From an uncultured delta proteobacterium (GTDB lineage Bacteria > Myxococcota_A > Polyangia > Polyangiales > Polyangiaceae), in NCBI GenBank assembly GCA_963806225.1, contig CAWDXG010000004.1, positions 2,720,001 through 2,784,000 on the forward strand: a stretch of 64,000 nucleotides of DNA. The letters are read 5' to 3'. Shown here piece by piece: positions 45,000-55,722 of the stretch (position 1 is its first letter; every line of letters begins with the position of its first letter). Made by a program: the position numbers and the translations under genes. The notes beneath the pieces are model-generated. The model had not been told where the DNA came from and did not search any database. It saw only the letters and a program-made list of their open reading frames with translations.

Positions 45000-45353
45000 G
45001 TGTCCTGGATCAGCATTTCGGCGGTGATCGGTTTCCTCGGTGTGGCGTTCGGCGCGTTCGGCGCGCACGGGCTCAAGGGACGGGTGCCGGAGAACCTGCT
45101 CGCCGCCTACCACACCGGCGTCCTGTACCACCTGATCCACGCCGTCGCGCTGCTAGCGCTCGCGCTCTACGGCCGCGCCACATCCACAGCCATCGGAGTT
45201 CCGGCCACGCTGCTGGCAGCGGGGATCGTCCTGTTCTCCGGCTCGCTCTACGCGATGGCGCTGACCGGCATGACCCGGCTCGGCATCATCACCCCGTTCG
45301 GCGGACTGTGCTTCCTTGCCGGCTGGGTGATGATCGCAATCCGGCTGCGCTAG
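45000..45353 (+). CDS. DUF423 (YgdD/TMEM256) membrane protein
   Basis: GAFGAHGLK, YHLIHA, FSGSLY, ITPFGG. Confidence 0.88.
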   Translation: MSWISISAVIGFLGVAFGAFGAHGLKGRVPENLLAAYHTGVLYHLIHAVALLALALYGRATSTAIGVPATLLAAGIVLFSGSLYAMALTGMTRLGIITPFGGLCFLAGWVMIAIRLR

Positions 45354-45378
45354 GCGCGGTCGGTCATGCCGGTGGCGG

Positions 45379-46578
45379 CTAGCGCTCGGCGTTCTGTACG
45401 GCGGCCTTCAGTGCAGCCAGCGCTTCGTCGATCACGCTTTCCGCAGCGGCGTAGGTGAACCGGATGTGCCCCGGCGCACCGAAAGGCTCGCCCGCCACAG
45501 CGGCGATGCCGCACACGTCGAGCTGCCACAGCGTGACATCGTTCGCACTGGCGAGCGCTTTGCCCTGGTGCTTGATGCCGTACAGGCCGGTCACATTCGG
45601 GAAAGCGTAGAAGGCGCCGCGCGGCATACCGCAGCTGACGCCGTCGATGCTGTTGAGGCCGTCCACCATGCGCTTGCGACGCGCGGCAAAGATGTCGCGC
45701 ATCCGCCGCACTTCGTCCCGGGGGCCGAGCAGCGCCGCTTCCGCCGCCCACTGGGCGACCGCCGCGGGATTGGTGGTGGATTGTCCCTGCAGCTTGGCAA
45801 CTGCCTTGGCCACGTGCGGGGGCGAGATAGCCCAGCCGATGCGCCAGCCGGTCATCGCGTAGCTCTTGCTCACGCCATCGACCACGATGAGGCGATCACG
45901 GAGCCCGGGAGCGAGCTTGCCCAGCGACACATGTTCGAATCCGTCGTAGACAAGGTCCCCGTAGATCTCGTCGGTAATGACGAACACGTCGTGGCGCTCG
46001 AGCACCTTCGAAAGCTCGCCAAGCTCCGCGGCGTCGTAGGCTGCGCCAGTGGGGTTGGACGGCGAGCAGAGGATGACCGCCTTGGTCTTCGGCGTGATGG
46101 CTGCATCGAGCTCGGCAGGTGTGAGCCGCCAGCCGTTGTCGGCGGATGCCTTGGCGATCCGCGGCACCGCGCCGCACAGCTTGACCTGCTCCGGATAGCT
46201 CACCCAGTACGGCGCCGGGATGACCACTTCGTCGCCAGGGTCGAGCAGCACCATGGCGAGATTGAACAGCGCGTGCTTGGCGCCGACGCTGACGCTGACC
46301 TGATCGACCGTCGGCTCCCAGCCGCGATCACGCCGGGTTGCCTCGCAGATCGCTGCCTTCAACGACGGCGTCCCCGTCGCGGGCGTGTAGTGCGAGCTCT
46401 TGTCGATGGCTTTCGCCGCTGCCTCGCGGATGAAGGCCGGGGTCTCGAAGTCCGGCTCGCCCACGCCAAAGGTGTAGATCTTGCGGCCGGCGGCGCGCAG
46501 CTCGGCTGCGCGAGCGGTCATCGCAAGCGTGGCACTCGGCGACACGGCGTCGAGACGCTTTGCGAGGGTGGTGGCCAC
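45379..46578 (-). CDS. PLP-dependent class I aminotransferase (aspartate aminotransferase)
   Basis: GEPDF, PYWVSY, SPSNPTG, DEIY, SKSYAMTGWRIG. Confidence 0.92.
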   Translation of the reverse strand: MATTLAKRLDAVSPSATLAMTARAAELRAAGRKIYTFGVGEPDFETPAFIREAAAKAIDKSSHYTPATGTPSLKAAICEATRRDRGWEPTVDQVSVSVGAKHALFNLAMVLLDPGDEVVIPAPYWVSYPEQVKLCGAVPRIAKASADNGWRLTPAELDAAITPKTKAVILCSPSNPTGAAYDAAELGELSKVLERHDVFVITDEIYGDLVYDGFEHVSLGKLAPGLRDRLIVVDGVSKSYAMTGWRIGWAISPPHVAKAVAKLQGQSTTNPAAVAQWAAEAALLGPRDEVRRMRDIFAARRKRMVDGLNSIDGVSCGMPRGAFYAFPNVTGLYGIKHQGKALASANDVTLWQLDVCGIAAVAGEPFGAPGHIRFTYAAAESVIDEALAALKAAVQNAER

Positions 46579-46580
46579 GG

Positions 46581-46904
46581 CTAGGCCCTCTTTTCCTTTT
46601 CTGCGTACTCCTCTTCTTCTTCTTCATCGTCGTCCTCGTCCTCGTCACGCGGCGGACGGCGCTTCTTCGCGGGCAGGCGCTTGGGCGCCTGCTTGCTGGA
46701 CTTGCCCTTCACGCGCTTCTTCTGGCGGGGACGCTCTTCTTCTTCGTCGTCCTCCTCGTCGTCCTCGTCGAGCTCGGAGATCCCCTTCTTGAAGTTCTTG
46801 ATCCCCTCGCCGAGCCCCTTTCCGATTTCGGAAAGGCGACCCGCTCCGAACAGGAGCAGCACGATGAGAGCGACGATGACGATCTGCCAGGGACCAACGG
46901 ACAT
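46581..46904 (-). CDS. tatA: Twin-arginine translocase TatA/E subunit
   Basis: GPWQIVIVALIVLLLFGAGRL..IGKGLGEGIKNFKKG. Confidence 0.9.
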   Translation of the reverse strand: MSVGPWQIVIVALIVLLLFGAGRLSEIGKGLGEGIKNFKKGISELDEDDEEDDEEEERPRQKKRVKGKSSKQAPKRLPAKKRRPPRDEDEDDDEEEEEEYAEKEKRA

Positions 46905-46949
46905 TTTCCGACTCCAACCGCCCGCGTGGAGCGATGCGATGGCGCTTCC

Positions 46950-47948
46950 CTAACACCGTGCCCCACGCCGGGCAACGCCCCGGCGGACCAGGGCCAGAGC
47001 CAGCGCGAGAACCAGCGCCGCGGACATGCCGGCGAGCGGAACCAGGACATACATCGCCCCCGACGCCCCCCCGCGATCGATCATGTGCAGGACGGAAAGC
47101 GCCGAGACCGCCGACGCGCCTCCGAGGGCCGTCGCCCTGAGCCGCCCCGCGATACGGTACTGGAGCGCGAGCCAGGCGACGAGCAGCGCCAGCAGTGCGG
47201 CAGTGATTCCGACGAGCAGGGCACGAACCGGCACCGACAGCTTGTCGGGATGACCCCAGGCGGACAGGCCGGAAACATCTGCGCGGCGCACGTGCAGAGC
47301 CAGCGCCGGAAAGCTGCCGCGACGTCGCGTCGACAGCCGCAGATCGGCGAGGTGGAAGCTACGCAGGTCGGCGCTCGGATGCAGCTCGGTGGCCGTGAAC
47401 CAGACGCTCCCGTCCTTCACGCCGGGCAACGCTCCGGTCACTCGCGGCGTCCGGCCCGGAAAGCACAACCAGCTCACTCCGACCATGGGCACCAGCACGC
47501 TGCGCGGTTTTCCGAGGCCGCTGCAGCCGCGCCGCCCCTGTTGGATGAGGTGTTCGGCGAACAGACCCGGGTTCGCCGAGTCGGCGCCCCATGCGACACA
47601 AGCCAGATAGCCGGCCAGCGCCAGGGCGAAGAGCCGCCCCGAGCTGCCGAGGACCAGTCGGAGCGGCGAGGCACCCAGCGAAAGCAGGGCCCGCGCCTCG
47701 CCGCGTTCCACGAGGACCGACGCCCCGGCCGCGAATCCGGTGGGCACACCGACCAGCAAGGCGGTTTCCACCGCCACCGCCGCCAGGGCCTTGGCGAACG
47801 GCAGTGCAACCCCCACCGGTACCTCGGGCGCCATGAGCCACGGCAGCAGGCGCACCAAGCCGGCGGAGAGCGCGGCCGCCAACACCAGGGCCATGGCGAG
47901 CAGGCTCGCGCGCCAGCAGTAGCGGCCGAGCGGCCCGCTTCCGGACAT
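46950..47948 (-). CDS. Divergent LptF/LptG-like membrane protein
   Basis: LVERGEARALLSLGASPLRL resembles the LptF/G 'E..AL...G.S..R' motif; 3+3 TM layout. Confidence 0.5.
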   Translation of the reverse strand: MSGSGPLGRYCWRASLLAMALVLAAALSAGLVRLLPWLMAPEVPVGVALPFAKALAAVAVETALLVGVPTGFAAGASVLVERGEARALLSLGASPLRLVLGSSGRLFALALAGYLACVAWGADSANPGLFAEHLIQQGRRGCSGLGKPRSVLVPMVGVSWLCFPGRTPRVTGALPGVKDGSVWFTATELHPSADLRSFHLADLRLSTRRRGSFPALALHVRRADVSGLSAWGHPDKLSVPVRALLVGITAALLALLVAWLALQYRIAGRLRATALGGASAVSALSVLHMIDRGGASGAMYVLVPLAGMSAALVLALALALVRRGVARRGARC

Positions 47949-48124
47949 GGGCAGAAGAGTAGAATGAAAGGCGCCCTCCCGCCCGGCCGAGCGCCTGGAC
48001 TCGTGCGGCCGGACACTGAATCTCTGTGCACCCCTAGGGCCCCTCTTCCCCACGGCACGCGCGGTGTTATGCTCGCGAGGCCCCGGAAGCCCCGGGCCTG
48101 CCTAGACTTGGCTGGAGGGAACAC

Positions 48125-48817
48125 ATGCGCTTGATTCGGTCGGTCCCCATAGCTGCGCTCCTCGTTGCGAGCGCCACGGTGTTCATGCCGCGCTCGGCGC
48201 ACGCCCAGGAAGTGTCTCCGACCGGCAAGGGCATCACCGGCGGCGCGCTGCTCGGCGCGGAGGCGGTGACCTTGACCGAGGCTGCGATAGGCGTGAAGCC
48301 CGCGTGGCCGTACATCGTCGGCGGCATCGTCGGCGCCGGCGGCGGCGGTGTGGGTGGATACTTCGCCGAGAAGAGCGACACCAAGCTTTCGCTCTACCTC
48401 CTGGCGGGCGGCATGGCATTGGTGATCCCGACCACGGTGGCTATCCTCAGTGCAACCGCCTACAGCCCCCCCGCCAACTACACAGAGGACAAGGGCCCGA
48501 GCGGTGAGCCCGTAGCCGAACCGCCGCAACCGACGAACGGAGCGGCGCCCAGCACGGCCCCCGCTACGACGCCTCCCACCTCTCGTGTCCATCGCGCGCG
48601 CCAGCGTCGAGTGGCGCTTCTGCCGCGTCGCGAGCGGCCGCTGACGCTCTACCGCCCCGTGCTGCCCCCCGCGTTGATCGGCCTTGAACCCCGCGGTCTC
48701 ACTTTGAGTGTGCCCGCGGTCGAGGTGCGGGACACCTTCAGCCAGAGCGAGCGGCTGCGCTATGGGATGAAGGAGCAGACCGAGCTCCACGTCCCGGTCT
48801 TCAACTACGTTTTCTAG
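48125..48817 (+). CDS. Hypothetical exported/membrane protein
   Basis: GGAGG RBS; signal peptide AHA; Gly-rich hydrophobic segments; C-terminal Phe. Confidence 0.7.
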   Translation: MRLIRSVPIAALLVASATVFMPRSAHAQEVSPTGKGITGGALLGAEAVTLTEAAIGVKPAWPYIVGGIVGAGGGGVGGYFAEKSDTKLSLYLLAGGMALVIPTTVAILSATAYSPPANYTEDKGPSGEPVAEPPQPTNGAAPSTAPATTPPTSRVHRARQRRVALLPRRERPLTLYRPVLPPALIGLEPRGLTLSVPAVEVRDTFSQSERLRYGMKEQTELHVPVFNYVF

Positions 48818-48923
48818 CCGTCCGCCGGAGAGAACCACTTGGTTCGTCGGGGCTGTTGCCGTAACATGCCAATGCTGCGGTTATGGGGGTATTTTCCCCA
48901 CCGCAGATAGCTAGAAGCACTAC

Positions 48924-50661
48924 ATGGCACAGCCAGCTCCGCAGAGATCCGGCACATCGAAAGGTCGAGGCGGGGACGATCCCTCGCTGGGCAAGGTAAT
49001 CGCGGGTCGGTACCGCCTCGAGGCGCGTATCGGCGAGGGCGGGATGGGCATCGTCTACCGCGCCCGGCACGTCCTCATCGACCGCGTGGTGGCGGTCAAG
49101 CTGATCCGGCCCGACCTGCGCGGCGAGACGCACCTACGCGCGTGGATGCTGCGCGAGGCGCGCGCCGCCAACCGGGTCGACCACGCACACATCATCGACA
49201 TCCACGACATCGGCGAGACCGACGAAGGCGAGCTGTATCTCGTGATGGAGTATCTGGTCGGGACGCCGCTGTCCTCGGAGCTGGCGCGCGGCCCGATGCC
49301 GATCCAGCGCGGCGTGGACATCATCGAGCAGATGGGCGCCGCGCTCGCGCGCGCCCATGACCTGGGTGTCGTGCATCGCGATCTGAAGAGCGACAACATC
49401 CTTCTCACGGCGCGCGGCGGCCGGAAGGACTTCGTCAAGATCCTCGACTTCGGTCTGGCAGCGCTGGCGCATGACCCGCGCCTCGCTCCCAAGGGCGCCG
49501 TGTTCGGCACCCCCGAGTACATGTCGCCGGAACAGGCCCGCGGGCGAGCAGGCCGGACCGCAATCGGATCTGTACGCGCTCGGCGTGCTGTTCTTCGAGA
49601 TGCTGACCGGGCAGCTCCCGTTCCGCGCCAGCGATCGCGACACGCTGCTCGAGATGCAGCGCAGCGCTCTGCCCCCGCGTCCGAGCACTGTCCGCAAGGA
49701 TTGCCATCCGGTCGCCGAGCGCATCGTGCTGAGGCTGCTGGAGAAAGACCAGCGCAAGCGCTACCGCGACGGCCATCACCTGCTGGAAGAGCTGAAGGCA
49801 CTGCAGCGCTCGCTGCCGAGCATCAGCTGGGACAAGGAGAACAACGAGGCTCCGGTCGCACCGCCGCCGCCGCCACCACCACGCTCTCCGGGCGTGGTGG
49901 AGTGGGCGAGCCGGACAGGCCTTTTCGCACGCATGGTGGCGCGCGCGTATCCGTCGGGCGACGCGCCCACCGAGGTCGCCCAGGCGCTGGCCGCACTGTG
50001 GGACCTCGCGGCCAAGGCCAACGGCCTCGAGGGCGAGATCGCCAGCCACACCCGCAAGCTCGAGGCGCTCGAACGCCGCGGGCGGGCGCTGCGCGCCGAG
50101 ATCGGCCGCAAGGTCGAGGAGCTCGCCCAGGAGGAATCGCGAGCGCTACGCGACGCGGCGGCCTACGGCGAAGAAGAAGAAGCGGCCCGCCGCGAGCTCG
50201 CCCGTCTGAACGAGCAGGCGCGCGAGCTTACCGGCAAGGCGGACGAAGCCGAGCGTGACGGGTCGGGGACACGCGCGGTCTACGAGCAGGCGGGCGCAGC
50301 CCGGGCGATGGTCGAGGCGAAGAAGCAGTGGATGCAGACGCGCGAAGCCCGCCGCGTGGGACGCGAGGCGACGGCGCGCGATCTCCGCCGGCAGATCGAG
50401 GAGCTGCGCGATCAGCTGTCGCGCTACGCCGAAGCGATGGAAGAGGACCTGGCGTCAGGCCGCGAGAAGGTCGCAGCCCGCTCGCGGGAAGGCCTGAAAT
50501 ACGAGAAGGCGTTCCAGGAAGCGTCCCACGTCCTGGTCAACCACCTGAAGGGCAAGCCGGAGTGCCGCGATCTGATGGCGGAGCTGACCACGAGCGGCGG
50601 CGACTCCAACGGCAACCAGGGCAGCTCCGTGCGCAACAACAACGCGCGCGCCGCCAGCTGA
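48924..50661 (+). CDS. Ser/Thr protein kinase with C-terminal coiled coil (apparent frameshift at ~49540)
   Basis: GEGGMG, VAVK, HRDLKSDN, DFG, GTPEYMSPEQ, then SDLYALG in the next frame. Confidence 0.9.
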
Positions 50662-50672
50662 TTCCGCGCGCG

Positions 50673-51206
50673 TCAGGCCGGTAGCTTCGCCGTCAGGAAC
50701 GAGCGGAGCTTCACGAGGTTCTTGGGATCGCGCGCGAAGCTGGGCGGTACGTAGCCGTCGGCCCACACCTTGACCTCGCGCACGAACTCGCTCTGCACCG
50801 CGTCGTCGCCGAGGATGTCGTCGACGCTGCGTCCACGCGCCGATGTCTTGTCCAGCCCGGCCACGTACGACTCGAGCCGCGAGTAGTCATCGCCCAGAAA
50901 CTCGCGCACGAGCTCGGCTTCCGCGGAGAGGCGCAAAAGCGTACCCGTGGAATCGGCGTCGGCCCCTTCGCCGCCGGCGGAGACGCGGAGCACGAACGCA
51001 TCGTCGATGAATCCGAGATCCTCGATACCGTCGGGGATCAGATCCAACGACTTGAACAGATAGTTGAGCGCGCCGGCGACGCGCCGGCGTGCCGCCTCGG
51101 GCAGATCCGGAGTGCCGATCAGGGCCACCAGCGCACGGGCGTCGTCCCCCAGTTCTTTGAGCCAGCCTGGGAATGCATCGAGAAAGCGCGATTCGAGCTC
51201 GGCCAT
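50673..51206 (-). CDS. DUF1232 (YkvA) family protein
   Basis: ALNYLFKSLDLIPDGIEDLGFIDDAFVL. Confidence 0.8.
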   Translation of the reverse strand: MAELESRFLDAFPGWLKELGDDARALVALIGTPDLPEAARRRVAGALNYLFKSLDLIPDGIEDLGFIDDAFVLRVSAGGEGADADSTGTLLRLSAEAELVREFLGDDYSRLESYVAGLDKTSARGRSVDDILGDDAVQSEFVREVKVWADGYVPPSFARDPKNLVKLRSFLTAKLPA

Positions 51207-51261
51207 GACGGGTTTCGTACCATCGACCCTGCGCCGCGAAAACCGAAAACGAAATGCCCGG

Positions 51262-52299
51262 CTAGGGACCATCCGGCTCGTGGCAGAGCACCCGCAACGC
51301 GTTCTCGTGGAACACCTTGGACACCTCGCCGCGATCGAACCCGGCCTTCAGGAGTGCGGACGCGAGCGCCTGGAAGTGCGCTGCGCTCCCGAGCGCACGC
51401 GGCGGGCGGATGCCCCCTTCGAAGTCGGAACCGATGGCGACGTGCTCGATGCCGGCAACCTTCACCAGGTGCTGGACGTGCCGCACAACGTCGTGGAGCG
51501 TGGCGCGTCGCCCGACGGCCAGGAACGGCGAGTGGAAGTTCACGCCGATGACGCCTCCCGATTTTCCGATGTCCCGGATCTGCGCGTCCGTCAGGTTGCG
51601 GGGATTGTCCGCCAGCGCGCGTGCATCGGAGTGGCTCGCCACGACGGGCACGCCCCGGGCCAGCGACAGGTCGATCATGTCCCGGGTCGCGGCGTCGGAC
51701 GCGTGCGATACATCCAGCACCCCACCGGCCGCGATCACGCGCTCGGCGACATTGCGTCCCTTCGCCGTCAGGCCCCGCTTCTCGTGGTGGCCGCTGCCCG
51801 ACGATGTCGCGAGGTCGTTGTCGTAGCTGTGCACCAGCCCGAACAGCCGCACCCCACGCGCCACCCAGCGCGTCACAGCCGACGGATCAGCCGCAAGCGG
51901 GTTGGCGTTCTCGAAGGAGAGCCAGGTTCGTACGCGTCCCTTCGCAGGGCGACAACCAGGCAGCGCGTACGGCGGCGTGCGCGTCAACAGGTCGAACACG
52001 CTCTGGTAGGAACTCTCCAGATCCCGCATGCGCGGCCCGGTGGGCGAGACGTTCCGCGGGATGTACAGCGGCAGGACCACGCCAGCGACGCCGCCAGCCT
52101 GGATCTCGCTGGCCACGTACTGACCGACGCCGTGATCGAAGGAGTGCCCTTTGTAGTTGGTCTCGTAGGACAGATCGACGTGCAGATCGACCACGCCGAT
52201 CGGAGCCCGCTGCACGTCGGCAGCAGCCAGCGGCAGCGGCAGGAGCAGGAGCGTCAACGCGCCGGCAAGCGCCGCGGAGACCAGGCGCGATCCGCTCAC
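51262..52299 (-). CDS. Secreted membrane dipeptidase (peptidase M19)
   Basis: VDLHVD, LDVSHAS, VASHS, RNLTD, HVAIGSDFEG, ENALRVL; GTGA overlap with the kinase gene. Confidence 0.88.
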   Translation of the reverse strand: MSGSRLVSAALAGALTLLLLPLPLAAADVQRAPIGVVDLHVDLSYETNYKGHSFDHGVGQYVASEIQAGGVAGVVLPLYIPRNVSPTGPRMRDLESSYQSVFDLLTRTPPYALPGCRPAKGRVRTWLSFENANPLAADPSAVTRWVARGVRLFGLVHSYDNDLATSSGSGHHEKRGLTAKGRNVAERVIAAGGVLDVSHASDAATRDMIDLSLARGVPVVASHSDARALADNPRNLTDAQIRDIGKSGGVIGVNFHSPFLAVGRRATLHDVVRHVQHLVKVAGIEHVAIGSDFEGGIRPPRALGSAAHFQALASALLKAGFDRGEVSKVFHENALRVLCHEPDGP

Positions 52300-53471
52300 A
52301 GCTTCCCCGCCACGAACCCGACGACGAACCCGATTGCCAATGCCAGGAACGTGATCGCGAGCGCGAGCACCAGCGATACCCGCCGGGGATGGTGCGCGGG
52401 AGACACGACCTGGACCATCGGCGCAAGCGTGTGAGCGGGTGGAGGGACGCTGCCCGCGGAAATCGCCGTGTCGGTGCGCGGAAAGCGAGGCGGCGGCTCG
52501 GACACCGCTGAACCAGCAGGCGGCGACCAGCCCGCCGGGGGGGGCGCCGATGGCATCAGGGTGCTCGCCGGGATGGCCTGGAAATGGCTCTCGGGCATGT
52601 GCCCCTCGCGCGCCACGGCGAGGAGCGCGGCGGCCATTTCCTGCGCGCTCTGGAAACGGTCCGCGGGCTCGCGCGCCAGGGCCCTCTGGAAGAACGGCCC
52701 CCAGTGGGCGTACTGGGGCGCCACCTGTTCGATGGGGGCCGGATCGTTCGTCAGGACCTGCGTGATCCGGGCAAACTCGTTCTCCGCCTGGAACGCCGGA
52801 GTGGCGGTCAGCATCTCGTAGAAGATGATGCCCACGCTCCACAGGTCGGAGCGCTCGTCGGCGTCCTTCGAATTTCTGACCTGCTCGGGGCTCATGTAGC
52901 CCGGCGTGCCCAGAAGCATCCCGGTTCGCGTCTTGCGCTGCATCCCACCGGCCGCGTCCATCACGCGGGAGAGGCCGAAGTCGAGCAGCTTGACCACTAT
53001 CGTTCCCGACGCGTCCTGCGCCAGGAACACGTTGTCGGGCTTCAGATCGCGGTGCACGACGCCCGCGGCATGGGCTGCGCCTAGCGCATCGAGGATGCTG
53101 TGCGCGATCGGCGCGGCCTGCTCCACGGGCACGCGCCCGCGGTTCATGCGGGCCGAAAGCGGCCGACCCTGGAGCAGCTCGACCACGAGATAGGGCGTTC
53201 CGTCCTCGGCACGCGCCGCTTCATAGACCTTGGTAACCCCGGGGTGATCGATGCGCGCGCCGGCCAGCGCCTCGGTCAGGAAGCGTTCGACAATCTCCTG
53301 CTCGTCGCAGAACTCGCGGCGCAGGAGCTTGATGGCGCACCGGCCCTCGCCCTGCAGGCTCTCGGCTTCGAACACGAGCCCGAGCCCGCCGGAGCCGATG
53401 TGACGCACCAGCCGCCAGCGCTGTCCGAGCACCGCTCCAAGCAGAGCGTTGGGGTCGTCCTCAGCAGCCAT
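52296..53471 (-). CDS. Ser/Thr protein kinase with C-terminal TM anchor
   Basis: GSGGLG, AIK, HRDLKPDN, DFG, GTPGYMSPEQ, SDLWSVG. Confidence 0.92.
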   Translation of the reverse strand: MAAEDDPNALLGAVLGQRWRLVRHIGSGGLGLVFEAESLQGEGRCAIKLLRREFCDEQEIVERFLTEALAGARIDHPGVTKVYEAARAEDGTPYLVVELLQGRPLSARMNRGRVPVEQAAPIAHSILDALGAAHAAGVVHRDLKPDNVFLAQDASGTIVVKLLDFGLSRVMDAAGGMQRKTRTGMLLGTPGYMSPEQVRNSKDADERSDLWSVGIIFYEMLTATPAFQAENEFARITQVLTNDPAPIEQVAPQYAHWGPFFQRALAREPADRFQSAQEMAAALLAVAREGHMPESHFQAIPASTLMPSAPPPAGWSPPAGSAVSEPPPRFPRTDTAISAGSVPPPAHTLAPMVQVVSPAHHPRRVSLVLALAITFLALAIGFVVGFVAGKL

Positions 53472-53480
53472 GCCGGATCG

Positions 53481-54683
53481 CTACAGGCAGCAGTAGGTGA
53501 CGGCGCCGGTCGTCTGGATACTTCCGGTAGGCTGTCCGCCGGACGGCGTGCACGTTCCGGCGACGACGGCGGGGGCCTTCGTGTATTGCCCGCCCCAATC
53601 GCCTTTGTTGTCCGTAAGCGACCAGTCGAGCAGGTTGGACACATCGACGCAGCTCGTCGAATTGACGACCTTGTTGCCCTGGCAGACCGGGTATGAACCG
53701 CACTTGCAGACATGATGATCGTAGAAGGTGTACTCCCCCGGGCTGCACACGATGCCCGACTGCACCGGCGTGCAGGTGCACGCCGCACAGCCGCGGGTGT
53801 CGGTCGCGTCCTGGTAGCCGACAAGCCGCGTGCTCCATCCAGGCGGGCAACTCTGCTCGCCCGCCTTGCGGATGCAGACGCTGCCGGAGTATGCGCCGCT
53901 GCCCGGAGCGGCACACGATTGGCCCAGCACGCACCCGCCGCCCGTGGTGCGGGGAGCACCACACGCGTACAGCCAGCGACCCCAGGGCTGCTTGACGCTG
54001 AGCTCTCCACCCGACGGCGGACATGATCCTCCGCTGGCAGGCGCAGGGGCCTCCAGCCGACATGAAAGCTCGGAGGGGTAGCCGACCTGGCTGCAGGACT
54101 GGAACTTCGCGCTCCAGTCCGTCGCGCCGTTGCAGTCCTTGTTCTGGGAACAATCGATTCGCGCTGCGGAGCACGCACCCGTCAAGGCCCCGCACGTGCA
54201 CGGCGTGCACGCTGTGGAACCGGGATTCGACAAGTACTTCTCTGGCGGGCTGCCGTCGGGGCACGAGGGCGGCGTGTTCGTGGTGTCGAAGGGATCGCCC
54301 GCCGTGCGGAAGTAGCCCTCCCAACCGGAAGGCGGACTCTTCTTGCACGTGTAGCCGGCGGTCTGGCAGGCGGGGTCGCCGCAATCCACGAAGCCGTCCC
54401 CGTTGTTGTCCTTCTGGTCGAAGCAGTTCTCCTGCCCTGCCGAGCCGCCGTCGGGGGCGCCGCCGACGGCACCGGTGCCGGAGGATCCGCCGGTGCCGGA
54501 AGTCCCCCCGTGCCCGCCCCCACCTGCACCTCCAGCCGCCCCACCACCACCGGGGCCGCCGTCTAGACCCGTCGAGCTTCCAGTGCTCGTCGCGTTCGTG
54601 TCGAGCGAGCACGCGGGCGCTCCAGCCGCGACGAGCGCGGCAAGCAGGAGGCGGGACAGCGAGCGGAAGCGGCCAACGGACAT
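53481..54683 (-). CDS. Cys-rich lipoprotein
   Basis: GAPA-C lipobox; Gly linker; ENCFDQKDNNGDGFVDCGDPAC; DTRGCAACTC; ends TYCCL. Confidence 0.75.
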   Translation of the reverse strand: MSVGRFRSLSRLLLAALVAAGAPACSLDTNATSTGSSTGLDGGPGGGGAAGGAGGGGHGGTSGTGGSSGTGAVGGAPDGGSAGQENCFDQKDNNGDGFVDCGDPACQTAGYTCKKSPPSGWEGYFRTAGDPFDTTNTPPSCPDGSPPEKYLSNPGSTACTPCTCGALTGACSAARIDCSQNKDCNGATDWSAKFQSCSQVGYPSELSCRLEAPAPASGGSCPPSGGELSVKQPWGRWLYACGAPRTTGGGCVLGQSCAAPGSGAYSGSVCIRKAGEQSCPPGWSTRLVGYQDATDTRGCAACTCTPVQSGIVCSPGEYTFYDHHVCKCGSYPVCQGNKVVNSTSCVDVSNLLDWSLTDNKGDWGGQYTKAPAVVAGTCTPSGGQPTGSIQTTGAVTYCCL

Positions 54684-54811
54684 GACAAGCCTGGGCTTGA
54701 AGATAGCACGCAGCGCTGGCCGTCGGCGCGCTGACTTCCCGCCGCGGGGCGTGACGCCGATCATCGTGGGCCCCGCGCAATCTGGCTTGCGGACAGCAGC
54801 GCACCGCGTGC

Positions 54812-55720
54812 ATGGTGCCCGGGGTGATCCGGCTCGTCGCACTGATCGGCGTCCTGGCAATTTCCCTGTCCGCGATATTCGTGCGGCTCGCCAGCGTCTC
54901 GCCTTCGACCGCTGCGGTGTTCCGCGGAGCCTACGCTCTGCCCGTGCTCGCTGCGATCTGGTGGTTCGTGCGCCGCCGCGACCATCGCCGCCGCTTCGAA
55001 CGGCTGCTGGCGGGCGGAGCCGGACTGTTTCTAGCGCTGGATCTGGCCATGTGGCACCGCGCCATCGGGTCGATCGGTGCGGGGCTCGCCACGGTGCTAG
55101 CGAACACGCAGGTTGTCTTCGTGGGTCTCCTGGCCTGGGCGCTCCACCACGAGCGACCCACGCGCTCCGCCCTGGCGACAATCCCGGTCGTGTTCGCCGG
55201 CGTCGTCCTGATCTCGGGTATGGGGCGCGGCGATGCCTACGGCAGCGCGCCACTGGCCGGCGCGCTGCTCGGCGTAGGCGCGGGCCTCGCCTACAGCGGA
55301 TACCTGCTGGTGTTCCGCGCGGCCAACCGCGGACTGTCGCATCCCGCCGGTCCGCTGCTTGACGCGACGATCGGCATGACGTTCGGGTCGCTGTTCGGTG
55401 GAGCGCTCGACCACGGCCTCGATCTGATCCCGCATTTCCCGGCGCACGCCTGGCTGATCGCACTCGCGCTCGTCGCCCAGGTCGGCGGTTGGCTGCTCAT
55501 CGGTCTGGCGCTGCCGCGGTTGCCGGCGCTCGAGACGTCGGTGCTGCTCCTGGTGCAGCCAACGTGCACGATGCTGTGGGGCTTTCTGATCTTCGACGAG
55601 CGTCTCTCGAGCACCCAGCTCGCAGGCGCTGCCATCGTGCTCGCCGGTGTTGCCGTGCTGAGCCTGCGCGGTAGCGTCGTGGCGAAGACCAGCAAAGCGA
55701 TCGCCGAGCTCGGGCGCTGA
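54812..55720 (+). CDS. DMT/EamA family transporter
   Basis: Two EamA halves, ~10 TM; GLATVLANTQVVFV, HHERP, FDERLS. Confidence 0.88.
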   Translation: MVPGVIRLVALIGVLAISLSAIFVRLASVSPSTAAVFRGAYALPVLAAIWWFVRRRDHRRRFERLLAGGAGLFLALDLAMWHRAIGSIGAGLATVLANTQVVFVGLLAWALHHERPTRSALATIPVVFAGVVLISGMGRGDAYGSAPLAGALLGVGAGLAYSGYLLVFRAANRGLSHPAGPLLDATIGMTFGSLFGGALDHGLDLIPHFPAHAWLIALALVAQVGGWLLIGLALPRLPALETSVLLLVQPTCTMLWGFLIFDERLSSTQLAGAAIVLAGVAVLSLRGSVVAKTSKAIAELGR

Positions 55721-55722
55721 CG

